Shown piece after piece: positions 7,328 to 15,430 of a DNA stretch of 26,312 nucleotides (position 1 is the stretch's first letter; each line of letters starts with the position of its first letter). The DNA is from Desulfobulbus sp. (GTDB lineage Bacteria > Desulfobacterota > Desulfobulbia > Desulfobulbales > Desulfobulbaceae). Both the position numbers and the translations under genes were made by a program. The DNA lies in NCBI GenBank assembly GCA_011051825.1, contig DRKH01000325.1, positions 1 through 26,312 on the forward strand. The letters run 5' to 3'. The notes beneath the pieces were generated by a model, which searched no databases, was not told the origin of the DNA, and saw only the letters and a list, made by a program, of their open reading frames with translations.

Positions 7328-9934
7328 CTATGCCTGTCCTTTACGTGTCATCCGAAGGGCATGGCGATAAATATCCGGGATTCTATAGCGGGATACACCG
7401 TCATCATGTTCCTCATACACAGATAAAATACCCACCTCAAGAGCTAATGGAATAAGATCTGATTGTCTTTCCAGATCACTAGCTGCAACCGGAGTGCGGC
7501 CAATTCTTTTAAGATTGTCGAGTAATGGTTCCAGCTCTTTAAACTCTTCTTTTAAGGCGCCAAGAGCCTGTAAGGACACTTCAGATAAACATTCGATTAA
7601 TGCTCGGGGACGAATAAGAGCTCTGGTATATGGCGAGCGCGCATGTGCATTTTTCTCCCAGGGAACAGCCTCATGAAACAGTTGCAGAAGATAGCGCGGA
7701 GTGTGATCTTTATTTCCGTCAGCCAATCGGGTCCATACCCAATTACGGGTAAAGGTTGTCTTGCCCCCCTTCATCCGTTCACCAACCAGGATATTCCAAA
7801 CAAAAAATACGTCATTTTCCGTCCAGGTATCCACTGGCCTGTCAGGGCTGGGGGCTCCAGAAAAGTCTTTTAGGAATTGCTTAAGTTCTTTACACAACAA
7901 TGCCTGTTTCAGTGCAACCTTCAGATATGTGGCTTTGTCAGACCATTTAAGAACCACCGAGCGGCCATAAAGATGACTTTTATTTTCAAAGTGTAATCCT
8001 TTCCAGATATCTTCACGTAACAAAATCTTAAAATGCAGATTTTGTAATGCCTGCCCCTGATCCATCAAGAGATCAAATAGACCTTCTATAGCATGTGTTC
8101 GGCGTACTCTATCTTCCGACGCACTGTTAAATCCTGTATCTAATCCATCAAAAAGCAAAAAAGTATCGGCGGTTGTGGAGTTGTCCAAATGCCTTAGCCA
8201 ATCGTTCAGCTCCAGTGGAGCACGGGAAGTTTTTGCAGTTTTCTCAAAAGCTGAGATGATATCCAGCTCAGATTCAAATGAGCATGTTTTTAAATATTCC
8301 GGCGTATAATCAGCCACATCCAGAGAACGAACGGTGGCTATATTGACATACAGTATCCAAAAATGACGCCATGACAATTCACTCTCTCGAATTACTTTTT
8401 CAATTTCTCTAAATCCGTCAGCCGTAATGATCCAGCTTCTTTGTTTCTTAAGTGGGGCAGGTGCATGAACAATTACAGAATCACCCCGTTCTGTGCTTTC
8501 CGATATTCGCCGAAAGATAGCAGTCTTCCCAGATCCTTTTCGGCCAAGTACCAGTGGAATATTTGTCGAAACAGCATCTTTGACGACTGTTGTTTCTACA
8601 AAACTCTCTATAAAATAACCTTGAGCTTCTGCTGTCCCTGTTGCAAAAGAAAGATTTTGTAAAATATTATCCTTTTCATTTTCCAGTGATCTTGCCTGTT
8701 GCTCTTCATTTTCAGATGGTAAAAACCGTTCAATCCAGTTTGCGACTGGTTCAAAATTTTTCCAGATAGTCGAATCCTGTAAAATATAATTTGAAGAGGC
8801 GATTTCGTCACGATATCGAACAAAATGAGTTAGTTCCCTTTCATCAAGAATCTCGCTATCCTCTCTATCTTCATTAACGCCGGACAACCAATCAGAGATC
8901 CACTCAAAAGACTTTACTTCATATTTTTTTTGTAACTCAGGGACGTTCGGCAGTGGAGATACCAGGAAACGCGGTTCCGGAGCCAAAGCCTGTCCGGATA
9001 TTTTCCTGCCAGTTCGGGAAGTCAGCAATCCTTGAGTCAAGAGTTCAGTTCCTAAACGGGCCTGGGGATGAGGAAAGAATGTAACAATAGCGATATCAGC
9101 TAAATCAAAAAGAAGCGGCCCGTTTATATCTGTTATTCCCGTACGGGCATCAAGCAGGATAACATCCGGTTTGAAAGGTAATTTTTCTTTTATTCCGGTC
9201 AAAAACAGTTTCAGGGGGTTACGTTCTTCCCTGTACCAGGCATCCGGCATTATAAAACGCAGCTTGCGTGCATAGTCCGCAGTTGTCCGCCCGGCAGGAA
9301 TTAAATAAATATTATCTGATTCAGGGACAGGAATTAAATGAGATGCAAAATCAGGTTCCTCTCCCTGATCTAATTCAACCAACAGGGACACAACTCCCTG
9401 AGACGAAGTAACCTCATCTTCGCATTTAAATAATGCCGCAAGACCTGGTGCTTCCAAATCCATATCAACACAGACTACTTTACGACGGTTTGCAGAAAGA
9501 AGATGGGCTGTATAGGCAAGAGCTGTTGACCTCCCGACACCGCCACGTAAAGAATAAAATGTTGCCACAATGGGTGGATCAAGATCTTCATCAAGATCTG
9601 ACGGAAAGACTGTTTTTTCCGTACTTCCAAGAGTCCCTCGAGCCAATGCTTCAGGCCATAAGGGAAGGCTCTCAACCTCAATATCACCCGGCAGGGTTCC
9701 AATCCACTCTCTTTCTTCAGGGGTAACTAATTCAACCCACTCAAGCTCTTCATTCTTTATCCCTGCGAGTACAACCTGAATCCGTTCCTTTTGAGAAATA
9801 CCTTCAAACCCTTTCGCAATAACGGCAACTTGCCACCCGCCGTAAGGATCTTTTTGGATAATAATTTTTTCAGGTGCAATATCCGCTTTTTCCAGATTGT
9901 TTTTCAGTTGTTGTTGTATTTCATCTCTTTTCAT
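7328..9934 (-). CDS. Multi-domain NTPase (868 aa): small N-terminal alpha/beta domain + ParA/MinD-like ATPase + STAND-like P-loop ATPase
   Basis: The ATG overlaps the HEPN stop (ATGA). First NTPase: FYSLRGGVGRST, VDMDLEAPG, LLDARTG. Second NTPase: LGRKGSGKT, LLFDGLD, LLREDIW. C-terminal YRIPDIYR. Confidence 0.85.
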   Translation of the reverse strand: MKRDEIQQQLKNNLEKADIAPEKIIIQKDPYGGWQVAVIAKGFEGISQKERIQVVLAGIKNEELEWVELVTPEEREWIGTLPGDIEVESLPLWPEALARGTLGSTEKTVFPSDLDEDLDPPIVATFYSLRGGVGRSTALAYTAHLLSANRRKVVCVDMDLEAPGLAALFKCEDEVTSSQGVVSLLVELDQGEEPDFASHLIPVPESDNIYLIPAGRTTADYARKLRFIMPDAWYREERNPLKLFLTGIKEKLPFKPDVILLDARTGITDINGPLLFDLADIAIVTFFPHPQARLGTELLTQGLLTSRTGRKISGQALAPEPRFLVSPLPNVPELQKKYEVKSFEWISDWLSGVNEDREDSEILDERELTHFVRYRDEIASSNYILQDSTIWKNFEPVANWIERFLPSENEEQQARSLENEKDNILQNLSFATGTAEAQGYFIESFVETTVVKDAVSTNIPLVLGRKGSGKTAIFRRISESTERGDSVIVHAPAPLKKQRSWIITADGFREIEKVIRESELSWRHFWILYVNIATVRSLDVADYTPEYLKTCSFESELDIISAFEKTAKTSRAPLELNDWLRHLDNSTTADTFLLFDGLDTGFNSASEDRVRRTHAIEGLFDLLMDQGQALQNLHFKILLREDIWKGLHFENKSHLYGRSVVLKWSDKATYLKVALKQALLCKELKQFLKDFSGAPSPDRPVDTWTENDVFFVWNILVGERMKGGKTTFTRNWVWTRLADGNKDHTPRYLLQLFHEAVPWEKNAHARSPYTRALIRPRALIECLSEVSLQALGALKEEFKELEPLLDNLKRIGRTPVAASDLERQSDLIPLALEVGILSVYEEHDDGVSRYRIPDIYRHALRMTRKGQA

Positions 9935-10344
9935 CTGGGTCTCCTCTGGCGGCGAATTTGACTTGAAATCCATCCTGTAAGTTGCTTTGCAGCTTTTACA
10001 AGTTCGTCTGCAGGGTGAGTAAGTTCTTGATTGGTGTTTTGATATCGCAAGGCTGTATCCCAGTTATTGATAAAAAAAGCTTTTTCACCTGATTTATCTT
10101 TTAAATCAGCGCTCCTAAAACCTGCTGATCGCCATAATCCCTGCAGGTTATGTCCATCTTTTCCTCTGGTTGAAAAGGGACTGTTTGTCCTGCGTAAATA
10201 TGATTTCAGCATACATTCAACAGCATAACCTGCCATATAGACTGGCCCTATTGATTCACTACGACGTGGAAGCATGGCATCAGCATCGGCAGCCCGTTCC
10301 ATAGCTGTATCACGCCAATCGTGATATGTTTGTGGATCATTCAT
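9931..10344 (-). CDS. HEPN-domain protein (137 aa), putative RNase
   Basis: VYMAGYAVECMLK helix, Rx4H motif RGKDGH followed by NLQGL, and W...LRY. The ATG overlaps the upstream stump's stop (TAATG). Confidence 0.8.
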   Translation of the reverse strand: MNDPQTYHDWRDTAMERAADADAMLPRRSESIGPVYMAGYAVECMLKSYLRRTNSPFSTRGKDGHNLQGLWRSAGFRSADLKDKSGEKAFFINNWDTALRYQNTNQELTHPADELVKAAKQLTGWISSQIRRQRRPR

Positions 10345-10514
10345 TAAGCATCCCCCATTCGTGTTACTGTCTGGTCGTACCACATGGGCAGTTTTGGGTC
10401 TTCTTCGAGGATTTTGGGTAGTATTTTTTCGGCAATGGTGATGATGGTTTTGTAGTCTCTGCTCTGCCAGGCGTTTTTGAAATATTTCAATGCTTGCGCA
10501 GTTTGATTTCCTTG
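10344..10514 (-). pseudogene. 3' stump of a large DNA methyltransferase gene
   Basis: Translates as ...YFKNAWQSRDYKTIITIAEKILPKILEEDPKLPMWYDQTVTRMGDA*. This resembles the C-terminal 'GFKKAWQERDY.TII.VA.KIP..ILQEDPKLLMWYDQA.TR' tail I recall from large N6/N4 methylases. No start codon; missed by the ORF track. Confidence 0.7.
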
Positions 10515-10776
10515 CTACGTTTGATATCTCTGCTGTGCTTTCACGATGGCTTTAATTTAGCTCGACATGGCTACACCATTGCAACTTATTGTTCTTCTTG
10601 TAAAAAAAGAAAAGAGGTCAAGTCTGCTTTTGCCTGTTCTTGGCAAATATAAAAGTCAACATAGTTCTACTAACTGTTGACTTCGATTCAAGGTACACGC
10701 TTAAGATTGAAAAATCCAATCTTAAGCGATCCGGTATCGATCGTTCCTATGCACATTTCTACTTATTTTTAGACAT

Positions 10777-10807
10777 AAAAAAAGGGAACAGAAGATCTCT
10801 GTTCCCC
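10777..10807 (-). terminator. Rho-independent terminator of the FadL-family gene
   Basis: Minus strand GGGGAACAGA-GATCT-TCTGTTCCC followed by a T run. Confidence 0.8.
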
Positions 10808-10870
10808 GTGTACAAACCACAGCAGCACAACCTGCTGTTGAACCTTCAATGTGCCTTCAGCCTTTCTCCC

Positions 10871-12100
10871 TTACAACTTGTACGATACTCCGATGGTGGC
10901 CACATGGGCTCCGGAGCCGGTGAACTCACCGTTGACAATCGAGTTCTCCGCACTGCGATCATCTTTATCCACATAGAGATAGCCAATGCCGACTTCCAGC
11001 TGATCGGTTGCCTGATAGCGAACTCCCAGTGAATACAGGTATGACTCGGAATCGGGCAGATCAAAACCCAGGCTCGAATCCGGGACCGGGGTCTCATCAT
11101 AGGCAAAACCGGCCATCAGGATAAAGGATTTTTTTGTATCCCAGGTCAGACCGATACGATAGGTATCGCTGTCGTCCCAGTTCTTGATCTTGGGCTGATC
11201 AAAGGCCGCGATCAGGATCGGATTGCCCAGCGAAACCGGATACCTGAAATCCAGGTTGTCATATTCGGACCAGTAGACACGATCATACTCCAGCTCAACG
11301 GTAAATTGATCGGCAAAGGTATAGGATCCGGCCAGGGCCAGAACCGCCGGCATGGGAACCGAAACCGCTCCAGGACCGTTATAGGCCCCGGGTCCGGCAG
11401 AGGTCGCAAGCTGAGCATCTCCTTCCAGCCCCAGGTCCACTTTGGAGCGATAGGTCGCGCTGAGATTCATCTCCTTAATCGGACGGGCGCTGAGGGCCAG
11501 ATTGTAGCCCCATTCCCAGGTGTCGCCATCCATATAGCGGCTGGCCGTTATTCCGGGGGCAACCTGACCAGCACTTCGCACCTTGGCATCTGCATAAACG
11601 GCTCTTACGCCCGCTGCCACGGAAAAGATATCCGTAAAGGTATAGGATGCGGAAGTCGCGAGTTCATAGGTCTTCAGGGTGAACTCTTCGGCAAAGGTTC
11701 TCGGATAGAGCTGGGGCCACTGCTTGGAGAGCCCACTGGGATAGGTCAGGGAAAGACCGATCCGGAAATTATTATAGTCTGGAGAGACAGCAAAAAAAGT
11801 CGGCAGGACAAAGTTCTCCTCCTCGGACTTCCCGTCATACAATGAGGTTCGGTTATCGCTATAGGTAATGGATTTCAGATTGATCCACTCCAGGTTTCCC
11901 TCAAGATAGCCCCGATCCTCGAGCCAGCCCATGTTGGCCGGATTAAAATAGGCCGCATCGGCGCCGGGCGTATAGGCGATATTGGCTCCGGCCTTGGCAA
12001 CGGAGTTCACGGACTGCTCCGGAATACGATATCCGGCCCCATATGCCGTACCACTGACAACCAGGGACGCGACCGCAACAAGGACAATTTTCTTTTTCAT
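10871..12100 (-). CDS. fadL: OmpP1/FadL/TodX family outer-membrane long-chain fatty acid transporter
   Basis: Signal peptide, AGYRIPEQS...AGA..A...DA AYFNPA hatch motif, alternating beta strands, aromatic C-terminal strand; adjacent to an acyl-CoA synthetase. Confidence 0.88.
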   Translation of the reverse strand: MKKKIVLVAVASLVVSGTAYGAGYRIPEQSVNSVAKAGANIAYTPGADAAYFNPANMGWLEDRGYLEGNLEWINLKSITYSDNRTSLYDGKSEEENFVLPTFFAVSPDYNNFRIGLSLTYPSGLSKQWPQLYPRTFAEEFTLKTYELATSASYTFTDIFSVAAGVRAVYADAKVRSAGQVAPGITASRYMDGDTWEWGYNLALSARPIKEMNLSATYRSKVDLGLEGDAQLATSAGPGAYNGPGAVSVPMPAVLALAGSYTFADQFTVELEYDRVYWSEYDNLDFRYPVSLGNPILIAAFDQPKIKNWDDSDTYRIGLTWDTKKSFILMAGFAYDETPVPDSSLGFDLPDSESYLYSLGVRYQATDQLEVGIGYLYVDKDDRSAENSIVNGEFTGSGAHVATIGVSYKL

Positions 12101-12181
12101 CTCTTTTTTTCTCCCACTCTATTTGGTAGTTTGGTATGGCTGAAACGCAGATCGGCCATTCAGCCATATGCTTCATTAAAC

Positions 12182-12464
12182 GTAACCGTTCACCGGCACC
12201 CCACGGAGTCTGCGCTCGAAGTCTGCGCTCGAAGTCTGCGCTTATCTATCTATTTACCTCTCCGTCCGATCAAACCGGCTCACATAGGCCGGCTATCGGA
12301 GTCTCGTTCCTCGCTTACCCGGAGTCTCGTTCCTCGCTTACCCGGAGTCTCGTTCCTCGCTTACCCGGAGTCTCGTTCCTCGCTTACCTGAACAAATCCG
12401 GGGCACTGGTAAAGGATTACCACCTCAGGATTAGTGAACTATATTACTCTTGGTGAACGGTTAC
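12182..12464. mobile_element. IS66-like MITE copy E2 (283 bp)
   Basis: Perfect 13-bp terminal IR GTAACCGTTCACC / GGTGAACGGTTAC; perfect 8-bp direct repeat CATTAAAC (12174-12181, 12465-12472); inner end at 12408-12420. Confidence 0.88.
12297..12388. repeat. Tandem repeat 4 x 23 bp (CGGAGTCTCGTTCCTCGCTTACC) inside E2
   Basis: Four identical head-to-tail units with no spacers. Confidence 0.95.
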
Positions 12465-12521
12465 CATTAAACAAGCCGCCCGTTGCTTGACGGCAGCTGA
12501 AAAACACCCGGAAATACACCT

Positions 12522-14237
12522 CTACCCGGGCATGGTTTCCGCTGTATACAGATATCGTTTTATCTTGTGGGTCGCCGTTTTGATAAAGGGCTCCCGACGT
12601 TCAAGGATTCTCGACAACCTGGAGGTGGAAGGCAGTTGTTCATTAACTTCCGTTCTGATCAGTTCCAGTTGAGATGTAATATACACATGCCGCTGCTGCC
12701 TGCTCTGGCGGGCGGTTTCCTCATCAACAAGCTCATAGTCCGGATAGATCCAGGCCTCGAGCATACCCCTGTTTTCCACAACTAATGATTCCGTCACCAG
12801 GGGGTAGCGATTGAGTTTATGCTCGATAACTTCCGGATAGACATTCTCGCCGTTGGCAAGCACAATAACCGACTTGGAGCGTCCACGGATATGGAGGTTT
12901 TCCAGATCATCAAGAAAGCCAAGGTCACCGGTTTTCAACCAGCCGTCATCGGTAAAGGTTGCAATGGTCGCCTCCGGATCATTCCAGTAGCCCTGCATGA
13001 CATTGGGCCCTTTAACCTGAATTTCGCCGATACCTGTCTCGGCATCCGGATCGTTGATCCGCACTTGTACCCCGGGTACCGGCCTGCCGGCCGAACCTGG
13101 CCGGATGGTGTTATCGCCCTTGGGCCCGCCGGAAATAAGCGGGGCGGATTCGGTCATGCCGTAGCCGATCAGAAAGGGAAAACCGGCCTCGCGCAGAAAG
13201 GATTCAACTTCCGGATTCAGGGCTGCCCCGCCAATCCCCATGACCGCCAGCCGCCCGCCGAAGAACTGTTCGAGCTTTTTTCCTATCTTACGGTGGGTCA
13301 GGCGGCGGCCGATTGCAAAACGACAAAGCATGGAGAGCATACGGTTTTTCTCAATAATCGGCAGCACCCGCTTCTTGTAAATTTTTTCCATCACCAGTGG
13401 AACCACCAGCATGACATGGGGACGCTCAACCGCACAGAGCTTCTGCAGGACTGCCGGAGTCGGAGCCTTTCCCGCATAGGCTATCCGGGCACCCTTGATC
13501 AGAGGCATCAGAAACCCAACCGTGAATTCATAGGTATGGGCAACGGGCAGGACGGATAAAAAAACCGAACCCGGAGTAAGCACGATAACCGAAGCCGTTG
13601 CGTAGGCATTGGCACAGAGATTGGCATGACTGAGCATGACCGCCTTGGAAAACCCCGATGTTCCGGAGGTATAGAGGATAGAAGCCGGATCGTCACTGCC
13701 CACCTCCGGAAACTGCAGCTGCCCTCTGGCCAGATCCTGTGAAAAACGGGTTGCGGCGGCGGCCAGATATTCTGAGAACGTCTGCACCTTAAGCAGGCCG
13801 GCATCCTCAACATAGTCGTCAAGGGTGACAACGGTCGTCAGTTTCTTTTTTATATCGTAGATCTTGTCAATCTGGCGCTGGGTGAGGAATATACAGTCAC
13901 ACTCCATCTCAGTGAGGATATGATGGACATCGGCTTCGGGCAGATCCGGTAAAATCGGAACCGCCACCGCACCAAGCCTGACAATGGCCATATAGGCAGC
14001 ACACCAGTTATGGGAGTTTTCCGCCAGCAGGGCTACCCGGTCCCCCTGACCGACACCGCAGTCCCGAAGATGGGCGGCAAGCAGGAAGATGCGATCATGA
14101 AACTCGGCGTAGGTCAACGGTTTTTCCAGGGCCATGCCGATGGCGGCATGATCGCCAAACCGCTCACTGCTCTTGTCTATGAGTTGATTCAGGGTACCGG
14201 CCTGATGCTGCACTGCCGGCAGATTGCTCTCTGTCAT
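12522..14237 (-). CDS. Long-chain acyl-CoA synthetase (AMP-binding, FadD-like)
   Basis: YTSGTSGFSK AMP-binding loop, GYGMTES, TGDLG, GRSKSVIVLANGENVYPE. Confidence 0.92.
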   Translation of the reverse strand: MTESNLPAVQHQAGTLNQLIDKSSERFGDHAAIGMALEKPLTYAEFHDRIFLLAAHLRDCGVGQGDRVALLAENSHNWCAAYMAIVRLGAVAVPILPDLPEADVHHILTEMECDCIFLTQRQIDKIYDIKKKLTTVVTLDDYVEDAGLLKVQTFSEYLAAAATRFSQDLARGQLQFPEVGSDDPASILYTSGTSGFSKAVMLSHANLCANAYATASVIVLTPGSVFLSVLPVAHTYEFTVGFLMPLIKGARIAYAGKAPTPAVLQKLCAVERPHVMLVVPLVMEKIYKKRVLPIIEKNRMLSMLCRFAIGRRLTHRKIGKKLEQFFGGRLAVMGIGGAALNPEVESFLREAGFPFLIGYGMTESAPLISGGPKGDNTIRPGSAGRPVPGVQVRINDPDAETGIGEIQVKGPNVMQGYWNDPEATIATFTDDGWLKTGDLGFLDDLENLHIRGRSKSVIVLANGENVYPEVIEHKLNRYPLVTESLVVENRGMLEAWIYPDYELVDEETARQSRQQRHVYITSQLELIRTEVNEQLPSTSRLSRILERREPFIKTATHKIKRYLYTAETMPG

Positions 14238-14372
14238 ATCGTTATCTAAAAACAGGGGCCAGGGGTTAGCGATTTCGGGCGAGTTGTTTCGTTACCGTCC
14301 GGAGTCTCACAGATAAGCGTAGACTTCGGGCTCGCTACCTGCCGGTGCTTAAAACTACGGAGCTAGTGGTCT

Positions 14373-14397
14373 TGTTACACCGTTCTCCGGTGTAACA
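14373..14397. promoter_or_regulatory. Perfect palindrome upstream of the acyl-CoA synthetase (operator candidate)
   Basis: TGTTACACCG-TTCTC-CGGTGTAACA, 10-bp perfect arms, about 135 bp upstream of the start. Confidence 0.4.
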
Positions 14398-14565
14398 GAT
14401 CCGGGAAATACCTGGTCGGTGAACACGCTTCCTGTACCTGAAAGAGTGTATGAAAGAAAATAAACAGGTTCAAGGGCTAAAGTCAATTCTAATGCTCTTT
14501 CAAGTAGAATAACTGCAGTCATTCTCAGAAAAAAAAGGGAGGGGGCTGGTCCGAGGAGAGTCAAA

Positions 14566-14681
14566 GTAGGTGCTCAGGAGCACCGCACGGAGTCTCGTCC
14601 CCCGCTTACCCGGAGGCTCGCAGGCTCGCAGGCTCGCTTACCTCTTCGCACGGTCGCGACTGCCTGCATAGAGGGGCTATC
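14566..14681. mobile_element. Truncated copy of the IS66-like MITE family
   Basis: Reverse complement aligns with the right half of E1 (GATAGCCC..CTATGC..CGACCGTGCGAAGAGGTAAGCGAG..GAGACTCCGTGCGGTGC). Only one degenerate end is present. Confidence 0.8.
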
Positions 14682-14735
14682 CACTTAACGCAAGTTATTT
14701 AATCGGTTGGGTAAGCGAACTCATTCTCGGTTATT

Positions 14736-15000
14736 GTTGGGTTACGCGGCTTTTGCTTCTTGGTAACTGTTCAGGAGCACCCCACGGAGTCTACGCTCGA
14801 AGTCTGCGCTTATCTACCTCTCTGCACGGTCAGGCCTGATTCACATAGGAATCACTATAATTCACAGGCCTGACTGCACAGATATGGAGCACTCCTGAAC
14901 AGTTACAGGTGGTGGTAAGGCTAGTTCTCTGCCCCTACCTGAATAGTTACGCTTCTTGCAGTTAAAGATTGAAACGGCATGAAAACAAGCGTAACCCAAC
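14736..15000. repeat. REP-like inverted repeat GTTGGGTTACGC / GCGTAACCCAAC interrupted by MITE E3
   Basis: Perfect 12-bp arms at 14736-14747 and 14989-15000; the same motif family occurs at 17500 and 17616. Confidence 0.7.
14763..14950. mobile_element. IS66-like MITE copy E3 (188 bp)
   Basis: Ends GTAACTGTTCAGG / CCTGAATAGTTAC (1 mismatch); perfect 8-bp direct repeat GCTTCTTG (14755-14762, 14951-14958); inner end CTCCTGAACAGTTAC at 14892-14906. Confidence 0.88.
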
Positions 15001-15169
15001 AAATTCTGATACTATGCCCGCTAACCCCAACCTTGAGGCCATTGAATCCGACTTGCTCTTCAGGTGGATACCCCATCTGCATAAATCGTGCATCCATCTG
15101 CAGAGCTACAAATTCCCTTGATTGTACCTTTTTTTATTCTGATTTAACCGACGAGAAACGGTAAAGGCC

Positions 15170-15198
15170 TTGACAAGGACAAACACGCACTTTACAAA
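15170..15198 (+). promoter_or_regulatory. Sigma70-like promoter upstream of the DD-carboxypeptidase
   Basis: TTGACA-17 nt-TACAAA. Confidence 0.6.
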
Positions 15199-15225
15199 GG
15201 AAAGAAGAGAAGTAAGAATTACTTA

Positions 15226-15405
15226 GGGACTGACACGAAATAAGTGTGACGATCAGGCGCTCTGATTTGGGTTGGATCTGAACGGTTCAATTGAGCAAGA
15301 CCGCAGGCGTAGCAGTGCTGCGTTGAGGATTTTGCGATTGCGAATCGTTCAAATATGGCCCGAAGCAGAGATGGATAAGTGTTATAGTTATTTCGTGACA
15401 GTCCC
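15226..15405. mobile_element. Second MITE type, 180 bp, 18-bp TIR, TTA duplication
   Basis: GGGACTGACACGAAATAA / TTATTTCGTGACAGTCCC (17/18 match), flanked by TTA on both sides; no ORF inside. Confidence 0.7.
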
Positions 15406-15430
15406 TTACCGTGTCCTTTCCATTATATCT

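Larger units (their letters stand above)
3250..10770 (-). other. AT-rich defence/conflict island, all genes on the minus strand
   Basis: Abrupt drop in GC by eye relative to both flanks. Content is nucleases, NTPases, a toxin-antitoxin pair and gene stumps at both ends. No integrase or tRNA is seen. Confidence 0.8.

Noticed and set aside
9935-9973. Longer starts for the double NTPase (9973) and HEPN (10383)
   Set aside because: ATGA and TAATG coupling at 9934 and 10344 give better starts; the extensions overlap upstream coding sequence.
3250-10770. Prophage or integrative element as the island's vehicle
   Set aside because: No integrase, transposase, tRNA target or phage structural gene in the window.
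10640-11032. 130-aa plus-strand ORF at the island's right edge
   Set aside because: It overlaps fadL antisense and its terminator; no recognisable motif.
12297-12388. Possible CRISPR array (23-bp repeats); likewise 16589-16683
   Set aside because: Units are head-to-tail with no spacers, lie inside MITEs, and no cas genes are present.
12131-12456. Short ORFs with repeated peptides (PESRSSLT.., VSEPARLR..) at 12.1-12.5 kb and 16.5-16.9 kb
   Set aside because: Translations of MITE tandem repeats; no SD and no coding signal.
15272-15430. N-terminal extension of the DD-carboxypeptidase in the ORF track
   Set aside because: It runs through the 180-bp element; a proper signal peptide begins at ATG 15431.
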